NCBI GenBank assembly: GCA_001599295.1 | Contig: BCGN01000008.1 | Span: forward strand, 1,240,001 to 1,300,220 | Reading direction: 5' to 3' | DNA length: 60,220 bases | Source of the DNA: Sporopachydermia quercuum | Lineage: Eukaryota | Part shown: one piece after another, positions 26,204 through 36,922 of the stretch | Numbering within the stretch: position 1 is the first letter of the stretch | How the letters are laid out: the number at the start of each line of letters is the position of its first letter | Program-made: the position numbers and the translations under genes | The notes under the pieces: generated by a model | What the model was told of the DNA's origin: nothing | Databases searched by the model: none | The model's input: the letters and a program-made list of their open reading frames with translations, nothing else

Positions 26204-27931
26204 ATGAGCTCTATTCACTTCATAAGAGATATTCCCCGTAAATATAATTCCAGCAATTGTCCGGCTGCAGTGCTGACAATTGCAGGTTCAGATAGTAGTG
26301 GAGGAGCTGGAATTGAGGCCGATCTGAAAACTATTAGTGCTCATCAATGCTACGGGCTTACTTGTATTACAGGACTGACAGCGCAGAATACTACTGGTGT
26401 GAAAGGCATTCACACTATTGAGCCTGATTTCATTGCAAAAGTACTGGATACTAATTTCAATGATATTAACATCAAAGCCATCAAAACTGGTATGTTAGCA
26501 ACCAGTGGTAATATCAAGATGGTTTCTGAAAAACTTCAAGAACATGATTTTAAAGGGCCTATAGTTGTAGATCCTGTAATGGTATCAACATCGGGAGCTC
26601 GTTTACTTGAAGAAGAAGCAACAGATGAATATTTACATAAGCTATTTCCAATTGCTTCTATTATTACCCCTAATATTCCTGAAGCTAAATATATTCTGAA
26701 ATGTCTTGGTAGAAACGTTGAGCTGTGTTCAATTGATGACATGAAAGCCGCTTGTAAAGCTATCGTTGAATCTACTGGTTGTCAGGCTGTATTAATAAAA
26801 GGCGGGCATCAACAGAGATCTTCTAATGGTTATAAATTGCTAACGAAAAAAAGCATCAATAGCGTTATGGTAGACGTTTTATATCAGAAATCTAATGATG
26901 AGTATACATTGTTTGTATCGAAATACCTTGACAGTGATAACACTCACGGTACTGGTTGTACTCTTTCTTCAGCTATAGCTTGTAATTTAGCAAAGAGTGT
27001 GGGTTTAACTGCTGCTGTTCACTCTGCTATCTCATATGTTCATTGTGCTATTCAGTCAAGTCCTTCAAAGGAATCACTTGGATTCAAAGGTCATGGGCCA
27101 TTAAATCATTTGGTCTCAACACTTAAAGTTCCTTTTGCTCCAGGACATTTTATTCCTTTTCTAAAAACCCATCCAAAGGTTGTTGAGGTATGGGATATAT
27201 ATACCAGAACACATCCATTTTTAGTTGAGCTAGGTCAAGGAACGCTTCCTACTGTGAAGTTCAAGTATTACTTGATGCAAGATTATAGGTACTTGGTCCA
27301 TTACGCCAGAGCTCATGGATTAGCTAGTTTTAAAGGTAGCGATCTTGTCACGATAGTTGACAATGCAAAAATTATACAGAACATTGATAAAGAAATGACT
27401 TTACATATAAACTTTTGCAATGAATTTGGTGTATCACAAGAAGAATTGACAGATGATGATAAAAACCCAGAAGGAATGGCAACTTTTGCGTATACTAGAT
27501 TTTTAACTGATATAGGTATGCAGGGTGATTTGGCTCAATTGGAGATTGCCTTAGCACCATGCTTGTTAGGATATGGTGATGCAGCAACTAATATATATAA
27601 TAATCCATTAAGTAAAAAAGGTATGTTAGTTTTCAAGAAGCTGTTAAATTTTATGCGGTTAGGATAAATTGCTTGTCAGTGTGATGTATCTTCATTATTA
27701 TTAGACTACTAACAAATCACCTAATTAGAAAACAATAAATATTGGAGATGGGTTGAAAACTACTTATCTCCTGACTTCAAACAGGCTTCTAAAACAGGTG
27801 AAGAAATCCTAGAAGAAAGATTTGCAAATGCTTCACCTGAGAAAGTTGAGGAATGTATCAAGACGTTTGTTAAAGTCGTTAACTTTGAAATCCAATTTTG
27901 GCAGCAGGCAATGGACTATGCGGGGAATTGA
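26204..27931 (+). CDS. THI20: HMP/HMP-P kinase - TenA (thiaminase II) fusion; exons 26204-27620, 27729-27931; 539 aa
   Basis: VLTIAGSDSSGGAGIEADLKT, IKTGML, VVDPVMVSTSG, THGTGCTLSSAIA, then TenA (YLMQDYRYL, APCLLGY). An intron GTATGT(27621)...TACTAAC(27707)...TAG(27728) restores the C-terminal YWRWVENY...FEIQFW. Confidence 0.92.
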
Positions 27932-28690
27932 TTCTTCAAGCTTGAAAGAGTATATTCTTGCCCCATACCTCAATAATAAATAATAAATAATTATTTTAAT
28001 ATTTAGAATTCTTAATAATATACTCTATCATAGATTCTCGTATTCCTAATCTATCCCTCGATATATATATATATCATATTACCTTGGTATATTTCAATGA
28101 GTTTTCTGGTTTTAAGATTTGATACATTTAATTTAAATCTTCAATAAGAAATTAAGTGAAAATTTCCTAGTTAGGTTTAATAGTAACATAAACTTTAACT
28201 TCTGAAACCTATAGTAAATGTTTCAGAGGTTGTTACTTCGACAAAATTCAATTGTTAATCTTAATTAATTTTCCCCAGTCTTGCCCGTTTCAGATTAAAA
28301 TGAATCGAGTGATTAAACTTTATCGTAATTATGAGTGTCAAACTTAAATTGACCTTCACTATTAAGAGCATAGATGCAGAGAGAGTGAGAATAGTTAGGT
28401 CAAGAATATAAGGATGATATACATCCTTCTTGCAGCCCTTTTTAAAACGGTTCTGATACAGTTGAAAAAATTTCTAGAGTTAGCAGCTTATGTTCTTTCC
28501 CTTCTACTCATTGAATATGTTTGAAATATATCTAATAAGGTAGTACTACGAAGCGTAGCAGGAGATGTGTAAATACCTAAGAACTATCATTGGTTGAGAT
28601 AATAGTATACATATATTTGTCGGATAGAAGTCTCAAAACAAAATTAGTCACTTTCTTGTTATTTCGAAAGGCATTCAAAGAACTCCGAAG

Positions 28691-31600
28691 ATGTATTCCT
28701 CACAGATTAATGGATCAACGGCTCATTTGCAAGGAAAGGAACTCTGGTCAAAAGTTCAGCCAAGGTCAAGTTCAAAGACGAAGTCAAGAGTTTGGTCAAG
28801 ACTTTCAACTTCCTTTTCACCAAATGCAAAACTTTTCTCGACTCCCTTGCCTTTAAAGGGTTTTCATAAGTCGAAAAGCTCTAACTATAGCATGGACTCT
28901 GATTCTTCGTATTTTGATGCTTCACCTATGTTTGAAGAGTGCTATGATGATGTAGGAACTACACCGGGAACTGTAGACAACAGTTTTGAATTGGATATCG
29001 GGATAAATGGAGAGTTGGATTTTACACTACCAGGTTTTGAAGAGAATAGTAGTGAAATCGACATTAAGCGCAAGACTCAAATGAAAAACATTCATAAATA
29101 CTGTGTTTTATGTGATGAACCCTTAACGCACTTCAATGATGATGAAAGATTCATATTGTTAACCTGTGAACATGGTGTTCATAGCGATTGTATTAAAGTT
29201 TTTCTCTCATCACCAGAATTAAAAAATGGTGAGCTCCAAATAAGTGATTTGATGCCAAGTTGTCCTTTATGTGGCGTGAATATGTGCTTAGCTGACAAAA
29301 ATGATGAACAAAACATTTTCAATGAAATTATCCTTGGACAATCTCCTGTGGATATATTTACTAATGCCTGTGAACCCAGAAGTGACTCTATGGCTAACGT
29401 GTCTAGTTTAAAGAAGTCCCCTGTTCAGTTTGACAAAGCAACAACAATGTTTTGTTCCGCATTGGATACTGTTCAACAATCAGAAGTTTCATACTATTTA
29501 CCAAAATTCAATCCTGAGGTATCACCTGTAAGTCCATTATTCAAGAAAGGTAAATTAGCTATTACTTTCAAACAGAAACAAGAACTTTTAGCTGGAGTTT
29601 GGGAGATTTTCCTCAAGCCAAAAATATCAATAACCTGTGATCGCCAAGTAATTAGCTATCCTGAGAGTTCATCATCTACAACAGTGACATGCTTGATAGA
29701 TATTGATTTTAAGAAATGTTTTTCAGAAGGCTTAATAATAATGGAAAATAGTAATGGAGATAGAAAGCCAATTGCCAATCTACAGCAGGAAGTCGGTGAA
29801 ATCATCAAAAGCAATGTGTCTGCTAAATGTCAGTCAGAATTGACTTCACAGTTGGGCTTCCCAAGAATATTTGAATATTTTACAGTATCGTTTGATACTA
29901 AAGAGTGGGAAGATTACTTTTGCATATTATATAGCAACTATCTTCTTTTCTTTAGGGAGACCACTCTTGGGCAAAAATACGAAATAGCAAAGAAAATACA
30001 ATTTGATGAGCTTAGTTCAGTTACTACACAAGCTGATCTAACTGGTACTTTAGTTCTTAGTGTGAACTCTCTATTGAATCCTATCGTATATATGAAAAAC
30101 AACTATGGAAAGAATTTGAAAACTTGGAAAACAATTTTGAAAGATCCTTTAATGCAAATTCAGAGTGAAAGTCTTGTAAATGCTTGCAACATTTGGAATA
30201 CCTTTACTGGTTCAAAGAAAGTAATCAAACTGATAGAATCAAGCAGTGAAGATCTATCTGAAAAGTTTTCTCAGTCACGGAGAATTAATAATAACTCAGA
30301 GATCTCTACTGTTGTTAATACAGTGGTAGTTATTCCTGTTAATGATTATATGTCAAACTGTAGCAAGTACACTAGAATAAAAGATATGCTGTATTGTATT
30401 CTTCAACAAATGAATCCGCAAGATTCTCTTGGAGTTGTTCTATATGGCAAATCTCTCAAAGTTAACTATATTGGAATGCTTAACAAGTACTGGACTGGTT
30501 GGACTGAATGGTTTGATTCTTATATAAAACCTAGTAAAAATGATACCAAAGAAATTAATCAAGAGATGATACAAGATTCTCTTAATGTTTCTTTGTCATT
30601 ATTGAGATACAAACAAACAGGCCAAGCAATTGATAATGTGTTGTTTCTTTCAGAGCAAGGAACAATAAAACTCACAGGTGATTTTGAAGAAAAATTCAGG
30701 GAATCAAACATGTCTTTATACGCAATCGGTGTTGGTCTTGAGCAAGACTCAAGTTCATTAATAGAATTGGCATTGCTAAGTAAAGAACCTGGTCAGTACG
30801 TGTTTTCTGAGGATTGGTTAGAAACAGCTTACATCTTACCAGGTATAATATCAACAAAGCAAAGCTATTGTTATTACAACGTTTCATTAGTTCTAAATAT
30901 GAAAGACGCAGAATATCTTCAGACTCATGAAGTAATTATCGGTGGTCAAGATAACGAACATTGCCGAAAAGGCGGTAGCACTAGTAGTACTGATGGAATA
31001 ACGAAGAAAAGTACATTTTACATGGGAAATTTACGAATGGGTTCTAAGAAAAGCATTCTTGCTGAAATGCAAATCAAGAAGGAAAGTATGCTATTAAGTG
31101 GAGATGTTGATGACGACGGTTCATGTCTTATACCTTTATTTCAACCAAAAATACAGTATTCTCATTTCTTGTCATCTGAGGCACATTCACATCATTGTTT
31201 TAGAGCTGCGGAACATAAAGAACTTGAATTCGAGGAGGTAACTGGAGATTTGGTGGAAGTAGAACTACAGACGTCACAGCAGCAATCACATAATACGGAT
31301 TGTATTAAGAACTATTCAATTATTAATAGTACTTTATCTGATGAAAATCAGCATAATAACAATGATGGAGATGATGATAGTTCTGTCAACCAACAGATAT
31401 CTCCTTATAGCAACAACACATCTACCTTTGAGGACTTCTCAACCACAATTGTTCAAGATACTGAAGTATCTTCATCAGAATCTTTAAAAAATGATTCTGT
31501 TTTGATTGACTTCTCAGTTGGTAAAATGTATGATTCAAAAGATGTAGAATTTCTGGACAACCAGTCAAAAGGTGAAATCAGCATTTCTGCTTCCTCATCA

Positions 31601-32212
31601 TCATTATCATCAAATGTAATTCCAAATTCATCTCTTTCATTCAGTGCTCAGAGCTCTCCAACAACTATTTATACTAAACAGCCTTGCTCTGAATTTGCAA
31701 AGCTGGATATAGCATTACTTCCAACGCTTCTCAATCAAACACCTGGCTATATCCTTAAACGCATAGAACTATTAATTATGCATTGTTTGCAGCAACTGCT
31801 TATCAAGAATAATAATACAGTAATGGAGAAACTGTCATTGGTTTCAGGATTGATTAGAGAGTTAGAGAGTAAAGTGAATTATTGTAATAATAATAACGTT
31901 AGTAGTCAGTTGTATGGTAACAATGACAGCGAAAGTGTACGATTAGCCAAAGCACTCAGATTTGAGCTTCAGTCGTTGTGTTCATTGGCAGAGGTAAAAC
32001 AAGAGAAAATAGAGAAGATGGTGTATAATAAAGCGTTGGAACTAATAGGAATTATCAACACCCAGGAGTGTGTTTGGTCAAGAATATGTGAAGAGAATGG
32101 TCTTGAAGGATATTACCAAAACAAGTATGAGAATCTGAAGAGCAGCAAGCAGTTGGTTGATATGTACATGAAGAATAATAAATGTGGTTATGGGGGACTA
32201 AATAGGATTTGA
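28691..32212 (+). CDS. RING-H2 / PH-like / vWA protein of the Far1-Ste5 pheromone-signalling scaffold family
   Basis: RING-H2 CVLCDEPL...CEHGVHSDC...CPLC; central PH-like region (WEDYFCILYSNYLLFF); vWA-like region (VVVIPVN...DSLGVVLY...LYAIGVG). This domain order matches Far1/Ste5. Confidence 0.7.
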   Translation: MYSSQINGSTAHLQGKELWSKVQPRSSSKTKSRVWSRLSTSFSPNAKLFSTPLPLKGFHKSKSSNYSMDSDSSYFDASPMFEECYDDVGTTPGTVDNSFELDIGINGELDFTLPGFEENSSEIDIKRKTQMKNIHKYCVLCDEPLTHFNDDERFILLTCEHGVHSDCIKVFLSSPELKNGELQISDLMPSCPLCGVNMCLADKNDEQNIFNEIILGQSPVDIFTNACEPRSDSMANVSSLKKSPVQFDKATTMFCSALDTVQQSEVSYYLPKFNPEVSPVSPLFKKGKLAITFKQKQELLAGVWEIFLKPKISITCDRQVISYPESSSSTTVTCLIDIDFKKCFSEGLIIMENSNGDRKPIANLQQEVGEIIKSNVSAKCQSELTSQLGFPRIFEYFTVSFDTKEWEDYFCILYSNYLLFFRETTLGQKYEIAKKIQFDELSSVTTQADLTGTLVLSVNSLLNPIVYMKNNYGKNLKTWKTILKDPLMQIQSESLVNACNIWNTFTGSKKVIKLIESSSEDLSEKFSQSRRINNNSEISTVVNTVVVIPVNDYMSNCSKYTRIKDMLYCILQQMNPQDSLGVVLYGKSLKVNYIGMLNKYWTGWTEWFDSYIKPSKNDTKEINQEMIQDSLNVSLSLLRYKQTGQAIDNVLFLSEQGTIKLTGDFEEKFRESNMSLYAIGVGLEQDSSSLIELALLSKEPGQYVFSEDWLETAYILPGIISTKQSYCYYNVSLVLNMKDAEYLQTHEVIIGGQDNEHCRKGGSTSSTDGITKKSTFYMGNLRMGSKKSILAEMQIKKESMLLSGDVDDDGSCLIPLFQPKIQYSHFLSSEAHSHHCFRAAEHKELEFEEVTGDLVEVELQTSQQQSHNTDCIKNYSIINSTLSDENQHNNNDGDDDSSVNQQISPYSNNTSTFEDFSTTIVQDTEVSSSESLKNDSVLIDFSVGKMYDSKDVEFLDNQSKGEISISASSSSLSSNVIPNSSLSFSAQSSPTTIYTKQPCSEFAKLDIALLPTLLNQTPGYILKRIELLIMHCLQQLLIKNNNTVMEKLSLVSGLIRELESKVNYCNNNNVSSQLYGNNDSESVRLAKALRFELQSLCSLAEVKQEKIEKMVYNKALELIGIINTQECVWSRICEENGLEGYYQNKYENLKSSKQLVDMYMKNNKCGYGGLNRI

Positions 32213-32325
32213 GGAAGGAAGGAAGAAAATCTGATGGACTAGTAGCTAATAGCAATAGTAAGTAAACAGTATATCTACAAATTGTTCTTATATTCATTAT
32301 TTCATTATCCATCATCTATTGTAAC

Positions 32326-33705
32326 TCAGTCAGAATTACTATCAATTAATCCTCGTAACGTCAAATCATATATTATTCCATCAACTTTCTTCAAATCATA
32401 TTTGATACTATCATTCCGCCTTCTCAGTAAATCATTCTTGAAATTCAACTGCAAGAATCCCTGTTGAATATTTCTTATAAAATGTGCTATCCGAGTAATA
32501 GAAGAATACATTTTCCGTTTCATGATAGGAGTTATACTATTGGTAGAAGCCGTAGAAATTGCTACTACGAAGTTTGGTGTGAATGCTGCTAATTCATTCG
32601 ATAGGTTGGTCATTCCTATCAAATAATCTTCAGCTGTTAACACGAAAATATCGGAGTTACCTTGTAATTCTGGATTTGGTGTCTGATATCCTGATAGTTC
32701 ATTGAAATGTTCATATTGAACTCCAAGTATACCAGCTATGAATTCAGGGCGTAGAACAAACTGTAATGGTGCTCCGAATTCAAATTGAATGGCTAGATTG
32801 TTAATGAATGCTTCCAATAATAAAACATAACTAGCTGTTTGCATATTGTTTGACCATTTTCTGTAAAAAGCATTTGATGGTTGGTAAACAAACTCTGAAA
32901 TAATACTAGTTTTACGACTGTTCTGCTCGTTACCATTATTATCATTTGTTGGCACGCCTTCTTCATCAATTTCGTTGTCATGAATGCCATTATTCGAGCT
33001 ATAAAGGTTCCTATAATCGTCCTTCATCGAAGATATCTCTGTAAATACTTGTTTTATTGTTTGCTCGTCTTTCATCTTTTGAATAATACTTGCATAGTTG
33101 ATGGGACTAGTTGTATGGATATCTGAGAGTATTGATAAAGAACGTTTCAACAATGTTTCAACGTTACTCAGCCTTTTTATCAAGCAAANTTCCATACTTT
33201 CTTGCATATCAATTATACTTTTGATACTGTGAATAATGCTATTGAAACTTCTGTCGTTTGAACCCCTTGCCGTAATCGTATCAACTCTTGCACTATCTAA
33301 GGGATACTGTACAGTTATAGCTTCTCCAGAAACAATATTAGGTTCAGCTCTTCCTGTATCCTCATACGTTTCGGGAACATAGTTCTGGCTTACAGCACTT
33401 TTAGTCAGATTATGAACACGTCGTAGATGCCTTCCTAATACTCCTGTAGATCCAGTTCGATCTTTTGCAATTGACGCTCCGCAAACTGCTAGCCGATCAT
33501 AATGACCATTGGCATCTGGTTCAAGTACTGGCAATGGTAAAGCAGGTGGAAATCTTGGATTGTACTTAATGCGTTTCGGTAGAAAGCATTTATATTTTGT
33601 GGAATCATCAGGATCGGTACGGAAATAAGTCCACACGAAAGACGATTTATGATACTTTCTAGGTGTTCCCTGTGCCTGATGATCCAAATTGTCTTGAGGA
33701 TCCAT
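32326..33705 (-). CDS. BED-type zinc finger - Translin domain fusion protein (paralogue A), 459 aa
   Basis: N-terminal SSFVWTYF...C-x34-C...GSTGVLGRHLRRVH (BED-like). The C-terminal EDYLIGMTNLSNELA...FIRNIQQGFLQLNFKNDLLRRRNDSIKYDLKKVDGIIYDLTLRGL matches the Translin signature. Confidence 0.85.
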   Translation of the reverse strand: MDPQDNLDHQAQGTPRKYHKSSFVWTYFRTDPDDSTKYKCFLPKRIKYNPRFPPALPLPVLEPDANGHYDRLAVCGASIAKDRTGSTGVLGRHLRRVHNLTKSAVSQNYVPETYEDTGRAEPNIVSGEAITVQYPLDSARVDTITARGSNDRSFNSIIHSIKSIIDMQESMEXCLIKRLSNVETLLKRSLSILSDIHTTSPINYASIIQKMKDEQTIKQVFTEISSMKDDYRNLYSSNNGIHDNEIDEEGVPTNDNNGNEQNSRKTSIISEFVYQPSNAFYRKWSNNMQTASYVLLLEAFINNLAIQFEFGAPLQFVLRPEFIAGILGVQYEHFNELSGYQTPNPELQGNSDIFVLTAEDYLIGMTNLSNELAAFTPNFVVAISTASTNSITPIMKRKMYSSITRIAHFIRNIQQGFLQLNFKNDLLRRRNDSIKYDLKKVDGIIYDLTLRGLIDSNSD

Positions 33706-34636
33706 TAGAGCAATTGGATGTACAATGCGTGTTCTGGGATTCAGATAGAAGTTTTAGAAAAGAAACGTTAAGCTGTANATTTGAATGACCTTGAATGATA
33801 GTTTAGATAGTAAGATTATAANATATAATAAAAGATTTAATTTTACCCTTTGTTGACATGTATGGTAGAAAGATTACCGAGAGGAGAAGTGATTTGAAGT
33901 ACCCAAGAACATGTATTTTTAGTTTAAGTTAATGCATCAATATGCTAGTCAAACTAAGGTTTTATTTGCGAAGACAAATAATGATTATGTGATGAAGAAA
34001 AGCAGCAGAATTCTATAAAATAAAGTTCCGAATAAGCAGAGCTTGGAAGTTTACTAGTTCAGTAATAGATTTGAAGGACTAATAGCCTAACATAAATATC
34101 AAAAAATAAATATATTTTTCTAATTGTCGCTGAGGTTTAATAAATTTTGAGGTCTGAATAAACAGCTTTGGGAGAATGCAGCCACTTCTGACCTTTTATT
34201 CAGCTAAGTACTGGAATATATAAGCAACGTATGTTGACGAATTTTCTACTTGNTAACTTTCAAACTCTAATCTTAGCAATGAGAGTAGTTCAAAAGGTAA
34301 GGGTGAGATCTTTCTGGGCGCAATTAACATATCAAAATACATAATATAAGGAAAAGTAAAAAAACCAGTCAACGCCTAATCCTCCTACCTGCTTAGCTTG
34401 ATATTCTAAATCCATCGTCATCTGCTCTGTCTTTATCTCTGAACAGGAATTGAAACATAAATGTAGTAATAACAACTTTAATTGAATCTCGCATTGCTTA
34501 GCACCAAATATAAACCTTATTTCATCTATCCCTCATGTTGCGATCAAGCCCTTCAAATCTATATCGCACGGATTCCTACAATGAATCCCCAAACAACTTA
34601 TATACAATATAATATCAATCAATTCTATTCTATTTA

Positions 34637-35683
34637 TCATAGTCTAGATTTGCTCAAAATTCCTCTTAACAATTCATTTACTGTCTCACCAGTTCCATAT
34701 GAGAGTTCATATCCCATACCTCCAGCTCCATAAGCATGAACAATGGTGGTTGAATCTATTTTTTCAACTTCGATCCTCATTCCACCATCTCTAGCAGGTC
34801 TAAAACCCACATTTACATTCTTAACATCAAATTTGCCATTTATCATTAGTTCAGGATATAGTTTCTTACCTCTTTCCATCAAATCGATTGAATCTTGTTG
34901 TCTAGGCGTACTTTGTAAGTCATTCAATTGCTTGGTTCCTCCAAGAATAACACCACCATATAGCGGTCTAGGGATAACAAAAGTCCACAAACCATCTCTA
35001 TTTTGATGAGTGACAGTTTTGTTCAAGTAGGGACAATTTTGTGGAGCTCTTACTAACAATGTTTGACCTCTGATTGGAAAACACTTTCCGTCATATCCAC
35101 CGTTATACTGCAATCCTTGACCTGACGCATTGACAATAATAGCGTTTGGATACAACTTGCTTACTTGTTTCAATGAGTTGAGGTGAACCTTTTGGAATTG
35201 AACTCCATACTTCATAGCTAATTTCCTTTGTAGATATTGTATATATAACGGAGCATTAAGAACCCAAGTATCATAACTGAAACCAACGTCCGTACCTGAA
35301 GGTAATTCAGACTTGTCCAATTGCCGGAAGTTTTCCATTTCTTCTTTATAGCCAGGAGTACAGTTCGAATAAAATCTATCAGGAGATTCTATGTATTCAA
35401 TGGCTGGGACGAATCTGATTGATGATTCTGGTTCATGTTCAGCAAGTTTTCTAAAATATCTCTGAGTAGATCTTGTCAGCTTTGCTTCAGATGCTTCAGT
35501 AGCATTTTTACTAGGAAATGGTCTGAAATGAGCACCAGCCCATGGAGAAGTATATGACGAGTTTAAGGGGTCTGTTGGTAAATGCGCACTTAGAATTATA
35601 ATATCATCCTGTCCGTTTTCAGCTAATACCAAAGCACAGGAGAGTCCAATGACTCCTGCTCCGACTATAACAATTCTAGCCAT
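34637..35683 (-). CDS. Peroxisomal D-amino-acid (or D-aspartate) oxidase
   Basis: IVIVGAGVIG FAD motif, YTSPWAGAHF, PIRGQT, VGFRPAR, HAYGAGGMGYELSYG and C-terminal PTS1 -SRL. Confidence 0.92.
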   Translation of the reverse strand: MARIVIVGAGVIGLSCALVLAENGQDDIIILSAHLPTDPLNSSYTSPWAGAHFRPFPSKNATEASEAKLTRSTQRYFRKLAEHEPESSIRFVPAIEYIESPDRFYSNCTPGYKEEMENFRQLDKSELPSGTDVGFSYDTWVLNAPLYIQYLQRKLAMKYGVQFQKVHLNSLKQVSKLYPNAIIVNASGQGLQYNGGYDGKCFPIRGQTLLVRAPQNCPYLNKTVTHQNRDGLWTFVIPRPLYGGVILGGTKQLNDLQSTPRQQDSIDLMERGKKLYPELMINGKFDVKNVNVGFRPARDGGMRIEVEKIDSTTIVHAYGAGGMGYELSYGTGETVNELLRGILSKSRL

Positions 35684-36922
35684 GACAGAAATAAACTTTT
35701 AAGAGATNCAAGANAAGTCAGCAAATTGTTCTTTATAACAACCGTAAGAATCAATGGCTTCGTAGTTCCCTTGTAACCAGAAACTAAACAATCACTATGA
35801 TAAGGACAAGAGCATACAAATAAATTCTTTCAGTTCTTAAGTCTGTTAGTAGTCCAACAACACGCCCCGGTTTGGAACCATTTATTATTGCAATCTATAT
35901 CTATCTATACCTCACGGAAAATGAGACATGGATCGAAGAAAATAGTGAATGGCCAGCTAAATTACCACTACGAAGAGACTCGTTTTCTGATGTCGAACCA
36001 TTTAACGTTTACGTGCTGAAGCCTTTAACAAATTAAAGTTCAACTTAAAAGGCTAACTATCATTATGAACCTGGAGATGGGACAGAACATTATACTTTCT
36101 ATCGTTTTCATACATTGGATGGTTTTTCAATTGAAGGAATGGATAATCGAAATTTGTGTTTACGCAGTCGAGCGCTTTAGCAGCTAGTCATTTTCAACAA
36201 TCCTTTTTAACAGTCACTAGTGAAATAAGAGCTTGATATGCATGCATTAAAGACACATTCCCAATGTACATCTTCTTCGATTCCTTTCTTTAGATTCTTG
36301 CTATTGAACCTACTTCTAACAGCCCCATGTCATGGGACGTCAAGTAGTAAACTACCTCTCTTTGGACATAAATGCNGGTTTTGTATGCAATCATCAAATG
36401 TCTACTGATAAATGGCAGAGCACAAGCAGTTATTGTAGCAAGTTCAGTCGCAATAAATCGTCTTAATAGCTATAATCTAAGACTTTGATAACTATCGTAA
36501 ACACCACTCCAGGTTAACTATTAACGGTTTATTTCATTGACCGCTGGAGCAATTACGATACAGTCGTTTTTACTACTAGGGCTCCAAAGCATCAATTCTC
36601 ATCGCGAAATCAAACATAAACCATAAGAAAAGAGCTATAATTTATGTCAAGGATTAGCAGTAATCCTAGAAAACCAATAAGTATAAAATAAAGGCAACTT
36701 GTTAATGAGAAAAACATCACGAGTATGCAGCAACAAGAAAGAAAAACAAGCGATTAGACGGATAAGCTACGCAAGACTATTCATAAATGAAGTTATGCGA
36801 ACTAGATCAACTCACTAATCAGTTAACCTCTGATGTTAAAACTAATATAANAGCATTCAAGCATAAAGATCTGCATCGAGAGTGCCACCTCATACTAATT
36901 AAATCATCAAGAACGTTCAAAT

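Noticed and set aside
26204..26400. CUG-Ser or CUG-Ala alternative genetic code
   Set aside because: CTG occurs at conserved Leu positions (ADLKT, GLTAQN; also PVALN in Bdf1).
36350..36360. AACTACCTCTC, a 10/11 match to the telomere C-strand (possible telomerase template or binding site)
   Set aside because: Single imperfect unit; a template needs a perfect match longer than one unit; compatible with chance.
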